Source: Microbotryum violaceum (Eukaryota). From it: 64,000 nucleotides of DNA. This document shows, piece after piece, positions 12,197-23,286 of this stretch. A program made the translations under genes and the position numbers. The DNA lies in NCBI GenBank assembly GCA_001244265.2, contig CDLV01000009.1, positions 682,001 through 746,000 of the forward strand, in the 5' to 3' direction. The notes under the pieces are model-generated. The model was not told the origin of the DNA. It saw nothing but the letters and a program-made list of their open reading frames with translations, and ran no database searches. Positions within the stretch are counted from its first letter, which is position 1. Each line of letters begins with the position of its first letter.

Positions 12197-15100
12197 TCAA
12201 ACCCCCTCCTGCGCCCCCCTCCTCTCCGCCTCACTACCTCTCGCATCCCCCCTCCCGAATGCCGCCTTCTTCCCATCCTCCACCTTTCTCCCCTCCCCAA
12301 CCTTACCCCAACCTCCACCTCCAGGCGTCTCAATAATGATTCGATCCCCTCTCCCCATCTTGACCGTCGCTTTACCACCCAGATTAATCGTCCTCGGCTT
12401 GAGGCCCGAGTCCCCATCCTGTTCAGGTCGGGCTTGCTTTATCCAGAGATTTCGACCGCGTGATCCGGAGGCACCGCCGGCGAGTCCGTAAGGCGCGTAC
12501 ACGCGGCGCTCGGAAAGGATGGAGCATTGGATGGGTCTGTGGGGGAGGATAAGGGCGGTCAGCTAGTAATCGTTGGTGGGGTTAGGACAGTGAATCATGT
12601 GCTCACTCGAGGAATTCAATCTCCTGTCCGAATGAGGAGAGGAAAGCGGACAAGAAATGAGCTCACCACAACCCAAAGACAACCAGCGGGGAAAGCCAAG
12701 AACGTACCCTAATGACACCACATCCACCCGTATAAGCCCCTTCCCCGCCCGAGCCCTTCCGAATCTCGAACCGATGCAAGATGGTCGGATACCGTCGTTC
12801 CAGGATTTCCGGGTCCGTGATCCTGTGCGTGCCCAGGTAACAGCTGTCAGTATAGCGGCGAAGCGATTTGGTATCGGCGAAGGATCAGGGACGTACCTCG
12901 TGTTTGTCATATGGGTATGAACGCCGCTCGTCCCGTCCCAAGTCGGACCGGCACCCGATCCACCGGCGATAGTCTCGTAGTAACCGAACCCTTCGACCGC
13001 TTCACCCGCTTCATTTCGTCCCCCATTCCCGAACGTCAAGTTGTTGCAATCCCCTTGTGATGCAGCCGCAGCTTCAAAAGCTCGTAGGACGACATCGGTG
13101 ACGCGTTGCGAGGTGCAGACGTTTCTTCGAAATGTCAAGATATTCGGGTCAGTGCGCAACCCGTGCTTGTGGTGCTATGGGGAGTATTCACCCTCCTACA
13201 ACTGCTGCGGTATCCGAAGGGTTGAGGCAGCACCCGGGGGGTAGTTTGATCTCAACAGGTGTGAGGCAACCCTGATTGAGTGGGATCTGTTCAAAGGAGC
13301 ACACGGGCACGGGCGCGGTCAGGCCATGGCCCACACCAGGCGACTCCGATTTGGAAGTGACTCACATCCTGATCAACCATCGCTCGCAAACAGTAGATGA
13401 TGGCCGAGTAAGTTACCGAGACTGGTGCGTTGAGGTTACCTGTCATCCAATGCGACAATAGTAAGCTTGCTTCCCAAAATCAAGTGACCTCACCATCAAT
13501 CACTTACCAAAAATCTCGGGGCCCGTCCCAGCGAAATCGAACACAGCCGAGCCTTTGTCCTCATCAATTTGTACCTTCAATTGTATCGGCGTCCCATCAT
13601 CAAGGTAATCGATCGCGTTCAACTCGGTCTTGCCCATCCTCTTGGCGACCCGTCTCAACAGGTTGCGCACGGCGAGTTCGGCATTGTCCCGAATGTGGTG
13701 CATGTACTCGAGCACGACGGGGAGAGTGTATTCCTCGATAAGGAGTTTGATCAGGTTCGCGCCCTTGTTGTTGGCTGCGATTTGCGCCTGGAGGTCCGAT
13801 TCGACATCGCTCAGGCAGCCTGTGATGTACATTGTCAGTGCACGATCGTCACACAAATTCATAAGCGTCGACTCACGAGTTCCGCTACAACCCTCATACT
13901 GCGCAGGTTCGTCGACGAGCAATCTGACCAGCTCGTCGCGCTGGTATGCACCCCTTGATACGACCTTGAAGCTCTTGATCTGCGCGCCTTCCTCAAAGAT
14001 CGTCTTTGACGTGGGTGGCATGGAACCTGCACACGTTCGGGAAAGAAGTTCAGACACACAGTTCCGTATGGATACTATGTATCACCATTGACATACCTGG
14101 AAGGATTCCTCCAATGTCTGGAAAGAAAATGGACTGGGGTCAATGACTGAAAATCTCGCGGTCAAGAGAATGAAAGTTCTGACTGACCCGCATGATGTCC
14201 TCGCGAAGCGGTGAAGAAGATGAACTTGCCGTCTTGCCCAAACACAGGTGTGATACCTTGAGATCGGACAAATGATATTTTCAGTAAAGAGTACTGTCCG
14301 CTCATCCGAGCTTGAGGATGGAAACTCACACGTGATGTCCGGTAGATGAGAACCCCCGCGACGGGGTGGTTCGAAAGGAGTACATCTGTCAGACACCAAC
14401 ATCTCAGTCAGGCGATGATATTTTCAGAGTGCGTATGGTCGAGTGATAGGACTGACCGCCTTTGTGGAGGCCACCCTGTCCGAGGGTCTCGATCTGGTAG
14501 CGCACAGCGAAGGACATGGAGCCGAGGTGCACAGGCAAGTGGGGCGCCTGCGGTAGTGAGAGAGTGGTGGGGAAGAGGCGTCAGGTGCTTGGGGCGAGGA
14601 GCCCGCAGGTCTGAAAGGATAAAGAGGTTTCCATCTTGAGACACTCACATTGGCGATGAGATCTCCATTCGGAGCAAAGATAGCGCAAGAGAAGCTAGAG
14701 TGGGCAGGAGGGGTGTGCCAAGTCGAGCGCGAGGTGAGCTCGGAGACCAACGATGTGCCACATTGACACTGGACTTGACAGACTCTACACTTACTCGAGG
14801 CCTGTAGCACAGTTGTGAGAGCTCCCAGGGTCGTCAGCACACCTGACCAGGGGAATGCCATTGGTGTCAGGCGACTATACTGATAGCAGCTCACGTTCCT
14901 GTGAAATGTGCCGAGCATATTAGTCTACTACGTGTACCTGACCGAGTCACCCAGCTACACGCACTTTGATATTGGTACTGATCGACGTCTGCTGCAAGGC
15001 CCTTCCCCTGCAAGTGCGGTGACGTCGTACCACCAGCCGTCGTCGTCGTCGTCGTCGTCGATTCCGGTCAAGAACAATCAGCGTCATGATGGCAGCCGGC

Positions 15101-15208
15101 ATGTGCTGCAACACTATACAACACAAGGACGTACATGGCTTCGGCTATCGAAATGAACCTGTTTGCGAACAGAGACAGCAACACGGGATCCGACTTTGAT
15201 TCGCCCAT
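12197..15208 (-). CDS. 5-oxoprolinase, hydantoinase-B half only
   Basis: [25 protein letters not shown]...[76 protein letters not shown]. No hydantoinase-A sequence lies upstream in the window. Confidence 0.92.
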
Positions 15209-15429
15209 TCTTATATCCAGCCTTTTCGCGGGGATGTGTGGGGAGACGCGAGAGGACGGAAGGGGAGGAGACGGGCGCCGGGCGATGCAAGCTGCAGCGA
15301 GTTCCGAAGACCGCCGCACTGCACGCACGTGACCGGGAGATTTAACTCGCCTGTTGTTTGGGTGATCACTATCACAGGGAGTGCACAGTAATCCAATACA
15401 ACAACACACGCAAAAGGAGGAAATCCGAC

Positions 15430-15657
15430 ATGAAACTCGCCGAAGTAGGCATCATCGCCGCCGTCGTCGCTCTCGCGACCAGCACTCCCTTTTGGCCGCG
15501 ACCACTGCACACGCGCTACGCGTCGAGCAAGCCGGGACTCCAGAATCCGTTTGGTCCAGAGCTCTCGGACACGACCCTAGTCCACTTCAGCGATATCGCC
15601 AAAGATATCGCTGGCTTCCTTCAGCTTACGACGGCGAAGGCACAAGGATGTCGCTGA
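15430..15657 (+). CDS. Short ORF with signal-peptide-like N terminus; may be a truncated relic
   Basis: MKLAEVGIIAAVVALATST hydrophobic leader; the ORF runs into the inverted repeat and stops there. Confidence 0.3.
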   Translation: MKLAEVGIIAAVVALATSTPFWPRPLHTRYASSKPGLQNPFGPELSDTTLVHFSDIAKDIAGFLQLTTAKAQGCR

Positions 15658-15748
15658 AGTGATTTCGGGTCGTGTCCGAGAGTTCTAGACCAGACGGATT
15701 CTGGGGCCCCGGCTTGCTCGACGCGTAGCGCGTGTGGTCGCGGTCAAA
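15491..15748. repeat. Imperfect inverted repeat: arms 15491-15597 and 15647-15748, ~50-nt spacer
   Basis: CACGCGCTACGCGTCGAGCAAGCCGGG...CTCTCGGACACGACCC...CACTTCAGCGA is present again as reverse complement. Confidence 0.9.
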
Positions 15749-16051
15749 GACGCCCCCCACTCTTTGACCCGCGAGGTGAAAGGTACGAGATCGCTCTCGA
15801 GCCTCACTGGTTCCGCGTCCAAACTGAAAGGATCAAACGGTGTAATTCGCAGGCGAAGAAAGACTACTAAAAGGACTAAGGTCAAGAGACGCGGCGGCGA
15901 CGCGCGCGAGGGCAAGCGTGAGGCCGCAGAGGTTGGCTCTGGTTGGCTCGAGGGCTTCGCGGAGGCGTAAGCGGAGCGGCGCCTTACACGAGGCCGGTGG
16001 TCGCGTCGATCTCGCGTGGCTCGAGGCTGCTCGAGGTTGCATCAAGCACTG

Positions 16052-16081
16052 CGCCTCACCCCAGTCCACGAGAAAGATCTG
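16052..16081 (-). pseudogene. Fragment of a paralogue of the kinase-like gene (QIFLVDWGEA)
   Basis: Same 10 aa as 11686-11715, with only synonymous DNA differences. The flanks are not homologous. Confidence 0.6.
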
Positions 16082-16091
16082 CAGTGGGATA

Positions 16092-16305
16092 AGTTGGAAG
16101 GAGCGACGAGCGGTTGAGGAGGTCTGTGCGGCGTACACGCGAGTGCAAGAGGGCCTATCTGAATTACACGCGAGTGCAAGAGGGCCTATCTGAATTCATT
16201 CGAGTGCACGAGGGCCTATCTGAATAGAATGAATTCAGATAGGCTCTCTTGCACTCGCGTGTACGCCGCACAGACCTCCTCGACCGCTCGTCGCTCCTTC
16301 CAACT
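16092..16305. mobile_element. 214-bp MITE/foldback element with ~74-bp TIRs, internal tandem repeats and 5-bp TSD GGATA
   Basis: AGTTGGAAGGAGCGACGAGCGG... versus ...CCGCTCGTCGCTCCTTCCAACT, with 2 mismatches over the arms. GGATA at 16087-16091 and 16306-16310. A 31-nt unit is repeated at 16135, 16166 and (degenerate) 16197. Confidence 0.85.
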
Positions 16306-16420
16306 GGATAAGCCCGAAAACGAGAGCCCGCAGTCGACATAAAGATCTAACTCCGCTTATCGACCGGCCTCAAGCTGCTCCCAAACATTCGTTAAATACT
16401 TTGACATTGCAGCAATCACA

Positions 16421-18307
16421 TTATTCGCCATGGATGGTGTATCGATCGCGCTTAACCTCGGGGTTGAACAGCTCCCATCGAGAAGCAGGGAAAATGTCTG
16501 CTCATCAAGTCGAAAGTATTAGCATAGTGATCAGCCACCACCATGATGGAGCATCTAAACTTACGCTTGGACCTATTGTACCAACTCCTTTCGACGACTT
16601 TACCCGCGTGGGACTGCAACGTCAGCGACCTGGATCAGTAATCGAATCTATGCGACGGGGACCCTATTCCGATGTGTCGTCGCACCTCATCCTTTTCGAC
16701 CGAGGCGTCAGAAATCAACCGCACGTCTTCGTGCACGTCAAAGTTGAACATGGGGCCTGATTTTCCTCGATACCGATTGACGATAAAGTCGTCTGAGAGA
16801 AGCAGTAAATGAGAAATTTAGCATCTTGCAGCTGGTGATCGAGGATTCATCACGCTACTCACAGAATGTGTAGTGCTGAAGACAATTTGGACTCATGAGG
16901 TGAGCTCCACAAGCATTCTAGTGGAAAACCACTCCACTGTCTCAACTCACATGAGGTATGATAAGATCTTCCTTGATATACATCAGATTATCGACGCTGA
17001 CGGCCCTCAACTCGGGGAACTGCAACCGGCATTTGTCCAGGAATTGTGCGATCGTGTCTCCCTTCTTGCACGTCACAACTTTACGATGCCCCGATCCATC
17101 CCAGTACGAGTAAGTGATCTCAATGTCCTCGGCCTTCATCGTCTCTTGCTTGGTCAACCATTCGCGTCGCAGTTCGTCGCGCACTTTACGTTCGGCTTCT
17201 TCGCGCTCGCGATCGGGTAGGAACGAAGTGTCGATCGAAGGGTTCTTGCCCAGCTTGGCCTTCTTCGAGGGTCGATCTGAGCGCGTAGGAGGCTCTGCAA
17301 AGATTAGTTTGAGGCTTTTCCGCGACGACTGCGACAATAAGAGTGTCCGAACCCACCTTCGTCTCCCGTGCCCTCCTCGTCGTCATCATCACCAGCCTTC
17401 GTTCCCTTTTTGGATGTCGATTCGTCCTCCTCACCATCATCAAATGCGAATGAAAGCTTGACTTTGCCTTCCTTCTTCTTCTTCTTCTTCTTCTTTTCCT
17501 CCTCCCTGCTCACATCCAACGAGTAAGATTTCGTGAGGGTCAGCTAATCCATTAGCCTCGTGCTCAAAGTCAGCATTCCCAGAAGGGGACTCACCTCAGC
17601 TCGCTTGTCCCCGCCGCTTCCCGACGTGCAGCTTCTTCCAACTTCTCACGCGTTTCCTACAACGCGAGTGAAAGACCAGGGTAGAGCATCCAGGTTCAGC
17701 ACGAGCACCCACTGGCGCGATCTGTGGCACGAGGCGAGAGACGGGGGAGAGGACCGACCTTGAAGTCACTCAGCTGCACCAAGCCGTACGTTGACTTTTT
17801 GAGTTGTTCATCCACTCCATCACTTGCACTGGCAAATCGATCCGAGCCTGCGTATCATAATCGAACACCAATCGATCATCAGTGCGAGGATCCCAGATCG
17901 AACGAGGCGACCCGAGTCGTCCGAGCCAGGCGCGGTTCAGCTCGAACGTACCTGTTCTGTTCTTGTTGGTTTCGTTGACGAGCTCGTTCTTTTGCGCTGC
18001 GAATTGGTCCTGTACGCCGAGAAGATACCAAGATCAAACACGAGTACCGCTTGAGCGTCTAGGTGCAACTCGCTCGGCCTCGGATCGAAGTGAACAGTTC
18101 CACGCACCATCATATCTTTCCTCTTCTTCTCCAGAATGGCTGATCACGCCCAAATGGTTTATTCGTGGTGATGTTGAGCGTAAGGTCATGCGGTGAATCT
18201 TGTAGGGAAGGTCAGTTTTGGGTGTCCGAAGTGGGGGGGGGGGGGGGTTGTTGACAACAAACGGAGAACGACAAACCCAGCTTGCGCTTCTCATCTTGGG
18301 CCGACAT
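16421..18307 (-). CDS. XAP5: XAP5/FAM50 family nuclear protein
   Basis: [32 protein letters not shown]...[16 protein letters not shown]...[12 protein letters not shown]...[20 protein letters not shown]. Start MSAQDEKRK. Confidence 0.93.
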
Positions 18308-18735
18308 GTCGAGAGTCGTATAGGCTGTCCAAACTCAACGTTCGAGTCTCCAACGTCGCTGCAAGGTGCTTTCGACTGTAGGGTCCAAGGTGGCGTAGAG
18401 GAGCGAAGAAAAGGGGAGCGAGCGCGCCTCATTTTGGCACCTAAGACTAATTTCTTGACTCTATTCGACGGCAACGTTTGAGATAAATTTCATCTATCTA
18501 CACCGGGCGCTTTGTCCTTTTTCTTTTTCTTTTTTTTATATATTTTTTCCTTTTTCCTTGTGAATTGCAAGAGGGGAACGACGGAGAGGTACTAACAACG
18601 AAAAACCCGACTGAAGGAGAAGGACCATTAAACCGGGTAGCATCCACAAGGGCCCCGGCCCACAAAGAATCAAGATTAAAGATTAAGTGTGCTGCCCCGT
18701 GGCAGAAGTCTGGGAAAACCTAGAGCTCAGACGTC

Positions 18736-19691
18736 TCAGACACAGCATTCACCACGACCGGCGGCGGAATTGTCACCATGGTCCGTCGCGGTATCACGCT
18801 ATTTGATGAGCGATCAAATCACGAATGTCAGTACCAGCAATTTAGAAAAGAAGATCGACGTTGCCGACTCACGGCGCAGAGCAAGTAACCGACGAAACCT
18901 CCGAAGAAGATGGCGAAGAGGATGTAGCCGTTGTAGGTCATCCCCAAGAGCACTAGGAAAAAAGAAAAACATTCATAGTGTCAATCCTATTGTCTCCAGT
19001 GAGTGGGGTAGCTAAGACTTACTGAGAATGTCTGATCGGTCGAACAGCCGGAGAGAAGATGTCGAGACGAGTGGTTCAGTTAGTTCAAAGTTGCCAGGAC
19101 GGCGTCCAACCGACGCCAGCACCTACAAGCGGTGCCAAATTGAATCGTGTAGAAGATCGATCGAACCAAGTGTTGTGAGAAAGTAGGCCTGTTTGCGAAA
19201 CCACTTCCCGGATTATTTTCGCGCGCGAACCGCTCAAGTTTTACTCGGGAAAAAAACTGACCGGAACAAAGGCACCGCAGGAAGCTCATCCTTGATACTC
19301 GAATCCGACTGGATCTGCGCCAAACTCGCGTGGAATGAACGCTTGATTTGACGATCATAATCGCGGCTTAGACGACGTAAGGCCTCGAGGGCAATGACGA
19401 TGACGACGACCCCGACGATGGCCCCGACGAAAGCTCCGACCGAACGAATGTGCGCTTGTTCTGAGAGGAAGCAGAAATCGATGGTGTACCAGTTCCAGAG
19501 CATGCTAATCTGACGAGGTCAATACAGACTCGATATAGTCAGCGGAACGCCGGTGATCGAAGACGCATCTAAAGAAGCGCGATGAGAAAAAGTCGATGGT
19601 GGGGGGACTCCAAGACCAAGTGCCAAGAGTAACTCACCTGGCACGATGCAGCGGTGGTAGACCCATCACTAGATCCATGTGACATGTCCAT
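18736..19691 (-). CDS. Ctr-family high-affinity copper transporter
   Basis: MDMSH..., ISMLWNWYTIDFCFL, hydrophobic TM1, MxxxM motif (YILMLLGMTYNG, assembled through a 9-nt micro-exon 19023-19031), C-terminal ECC. Confidence 0.92.
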
Positions 19692-19884
19692 GATGGTTTG
19701 ATTCAGGTTTCTTGAGTTTGGAGTGAAGCTGACGGTGCGTCGAAGTGAAGCGGACGTGTGAGTTGCGTCCCGAGCACTGCTTTGACAACCCGTTTGGGAA
19801 ATCGCACGAGCCGCCGCGTCGTGAAGTGTCAGTCCCAAAAGTTACAATAGGAGCCCCGTTCAGTATTCCAGGTATCACCCACAT

Positions 19885-19894
19885 TCAGCAAATA
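19885..19894 (-). promoter_or_regulatory. Possible copper-signalling element upstream of the Ctr gene
   Basis: TATTTGCTGA fits the S. pombe Cuf1 CuSE consensus D(T/A)DDHGCTGD, ~200 bp upstream of the ATG. The motif is short and degenerate. Confidence 0.3.
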
Positions 19895-20542
19895 CTTCGT
19901 GAAGGGTTCGATTTGGCGGGTGGGAGACTTGGTACAACAGCGTCAGAGGTGTGGGAAGGAGGGAGAGCCGCGAGGGGTTTTGCGGCGGTGGGCTCCCAGC
20001 GGTCGCAAGGGTCAAGACGGCTTGGCTCATGCCCCAAATCGGAAAGAGTCGGAACGTGGGACATCGGCCCGAGCTCGAGCTGGCATGTATCTTGGGATGT
20101 AGCAACTAATGCGTGGCGATCTACGAGGCCGCAGTGCTTTGAGGGGGTCGAGGGAGCAATCGGGGCAAGCCCCTGAACAAGTCACGCCAGCTTGGGTGGA
20201 TTTCGACCGTTTCGGCGGGCAAAGACATGACGAATGAGATGCGCGATTTTCGCGATTCGCTCTCTGTGACTTTGATAACATCTTCCGAAGCAGAATGACG
20301 AGCCCTACGCCTAAGCTGTTGATGAATTTCATGGGTTCCACGCTTTAGACAGGATATTCTTGCAGCAGATACCCTGGAAATGAAGCCCGACGCGCCAGAG
20401 TGCTCGCGAGCCAGGTCGATCCGAGTGAGCGCGCGATTTACGCCATGCCGCTGGAGGCGGTCCGTGCACACGCCATAGGGTGGACCTTTTCGAATTACAG
20501 CGACGAGGGGCGGCTGCACACAGGAACCTTGGAATATTTGAG

Positions 20543-22095
20543 GGCATTCTTGCTTTTGGACTGCCAAGTCAATTTTCTACTTCACGCTTGCGCTACGCCT
20601 CGCAAAGCGATCCTTCGTCCTTTAGACCTTCTCCACGCGAGTCTCCGCCTCGCCATCAATGTCTTTACCTCCGCATAACAAGGACGACCCGATCCCGGGC
20701 ACCCCCAGGCGCACGGTCGATGCGGTCAAACACATCCGTGACGCATTCCAGGATGGTGTTCTCACGACAGATGCTCGCAAGGACCTCTTGTCTCAAGTCG
20801 CTTCGGATATCGGGTCACTTATAGTACTAAGAACAGTCCCGCCGCCGCGGCTGAGCTAGTTTTCGCGAGCGACTCAGGCGCCGTGCTGAAGACGCCCTCT
20901 TGCGATAAGAGCCCTCTGTCGTCCAGTACCGTAGGCCATGAGCGTTGAAGAATTCGTTTACCTCGTTGGAGGCCAGAGCATGGGCAACCACGGGATGTAG
21001 ATCACCCATCGTGTCAATGTCCAGCGTCGCGTCATCCGGAAGGGCGTGAAGTTGGGCCACCCAGAAAACTAGCTCAGCCGCGGCGGCAGGACTGTTCTTA
21101 GTACTATAGTTGACCCAATATAGGAAGCGACTAGGGACATCGACTCTCCTGACCACTCGCGCGAGTTGTAGCGGAATAGTGGTTCGAGTTGCAGCAAGAC
21201 GAAGGACAACAATGACAATTGGGAGCTTTGCGACCCAAGCTTCTGGATGTCAGTCGGCTGCAACTGATGATGGAGCAAGTCCATTGATCGTATCAGCATA
21301 CCTTTGCGACAAAGGCAAGACACTGTATAAAGACAGTTGGGGCGCGGTTGGTGCAAAGGACGGCAAAGGGTCTGCTGAGAGATATGCGATTTAGCTCGTT
21401 GCCCAACAAGGGCCCGGAGCAAAATGCCTCCACAAAGAATTTGCAGGGATCCAAGTGCAAAGTACACCGTGCAACAAGCTTGGGTGTATCGAAGCACTTA
21501 CCCCGAGCTACTCTAAGCGAGCCACGTCGAGGGTTTCATAACGAGCTGCTAGCAGCTGTGAACGTCCAGCAAGATGGAACTCTCGATCAGCGACCTCGTC
21601 AGCTGGGAGGTAGTCTTGGGAGTGAGGAACGCACCTGTCCCTACAGGTGGTGAACGCAGCCATATAAGCTGGTAAGGAAACGTCGACAACGCAGTCAAGG
21701 CCCGAAAGGGAACGTGCGTTGCGAGTACCGCCCGTGAGCCCGCGTGTGTGGGAAGCACAGCTATAGCATCCACGGGGAGAGAGGGTCCGTGCGCGCGAGC
21801 CTGAATCGGCGCGTCAAATCCTTACAGCAAAAGCCGAAAAGACCAACAGATCCTTGCGAGCATCTGCCGTGAGAACCCCATCCTGGAACGCTTCGCGGAT
21901 GTGATTGACCGCATCGACCGTGCGCCTGGGGGTGCCCGGGATCGGGTCGTCCTTGTTATGCGGAGGTAAAGACATTGATGGCGAGGCGGAGACTCGCGTG
22001 GAGAAGGTCTAAAGGACGAAGGATCGCTTTGCGAGGCGTAGCGCAAGCGTGAAATAGAAAATTAACTTGGCAGTGCAAAGACAAGAGTGCCCCAG
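20543..22095. repeat. Nested inverted duplication: ~20543-20792 vs ~21840-22095, and ~20795-20865 vs ~21064-21135
   Basis: 20581-20729 is identical to the reverse complement of ~21905-22053. TATAGTACTAAGAACAGTCC.GCCGCCGCGGCTGAGCTAGTTTTC occurs on both strands. Confidence 0.92.
20870..21975 (-). pseudogene. Decayed multi-exon orphan gene (MSLPPHNKDDPIPG...)
   Basis: ATG at 21975, four recognisable GT..AG introns and stop codons in the internal exons. Last exon ...RFLYWVNYSTKNSPAAAAELVFWVAQL... No family recognised. Confidence 0.5.
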
Positions 22096-22348
22096 GTTCG
22101 AAAGCTTGCCTTAGTTCTGCTCGCGAAAATGCGCACTCGTTTTGACATTATTGGCCTGCGATGATTGGCTGAACTAGCCACACACTTCCAGCTCGCCCCT
22201 CTTGGCTAAGCTCGAAACCCTCCACTCTGTGGAAGGGCTTAGTTGAGCTTACCTCTTGGCCACCTCGATCGTGACCCACCTGACACGTCGACAAGTTCGC
22301 CAGCCGCCAGCCCATACTTTACATCCTATCACCGCACCCACATTCCTC

Positions 22349-23256
22349 ATGAACCACCTCGCGTCCAAGATCGTACGTGGGTCTGTCGCTTCCTCCAGGG
22401 CCTCGACTCGTAACGTCATCGCAGCGCCGTCGACGATCGCTCGTTGCTCGTATTGCTCGCCCTCGACATCGACAACGGGCTACACCCCCGCACGCTCGTT
22501 CACATCTACAAGTTCGAAGAAGCAATCCATTGCTACTACTGATCAGTACGTTCCTTATTTAGTCCGCGACTCCTGAATGCGACATGCGCGGCACTCGATC
22601 CTCGACGTGTTCCCCAGTAGCTGATCTCCCGACCTACTTTCCTCCCATCAGATTCGTCAACATCATTCAAGCCGATGCGGCCCGAGCCCTCGCATCCATC
22701 AAATCCCTCACCCCCTCAGCAGGCTTCACTTTAACCGATGGACTCGTTGTCCCTTCCCCTATGCTCATCCTCGACGGCGTCGTCTTCCTTTGGGACGTCG
22801 GACCTCCGAATCCTCAAACGATGAGTTGGGAGGGTTGGAATTTGGACAAGTTGAGGGCTTTTGAGATTGTGACGCCTAGACCAGGTCGGTTCCGGGGGTC
22901 ATGTACAAGTCTGAAACCATGTGATTACGGGAGCTGACTCGTTGGACCGACGACAACAGAGATCCTACTCGTGGGCACGGGCAAAACCGGTCTCTTACCA
23001 CCACCTGCATTCAAGAAGTACCTCAATGGTCTGGGCATCCAGGTGGATGTACTCGATTCGGTAGGTTTTTCCTTTCCTTGCTCTCAAAGTACTCTCCGCT
23101 AGACACGAACTGACAGGCGGGCATATTCTACAGCGAAACGCTTGCGCGACGTACAATCTCCTTTCGGAAGAAGGACGTCGGGTAGGGGCCGCTTTGTACC
23201 CCCTGACAGAACTTTCGGCTAGGACAGGTGTAGTAGCCAAGGATGTGCAGCGGTAA
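22349..23256 (+). CDS. NDUFAF3: Complex I assembly factor, Mth938 domain
   Basis: Arg/Ser-rich presequence; FEIVTPRPEILLVGTG...LGIQVDVLDSRNACATYNLLSEEGRRVGAAL. Confidence 0.93.
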
Positions 23257-23286
23257 TACCTGAGTAATTGCAATTACTTCCCAAAT

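Noticed and set aside
16135-16225. 31-nt repeats as a CRISPR-like array
   Set aside because: Head-to-tail with no unique spacers, inside a MITE, in a eukaryotic genome.
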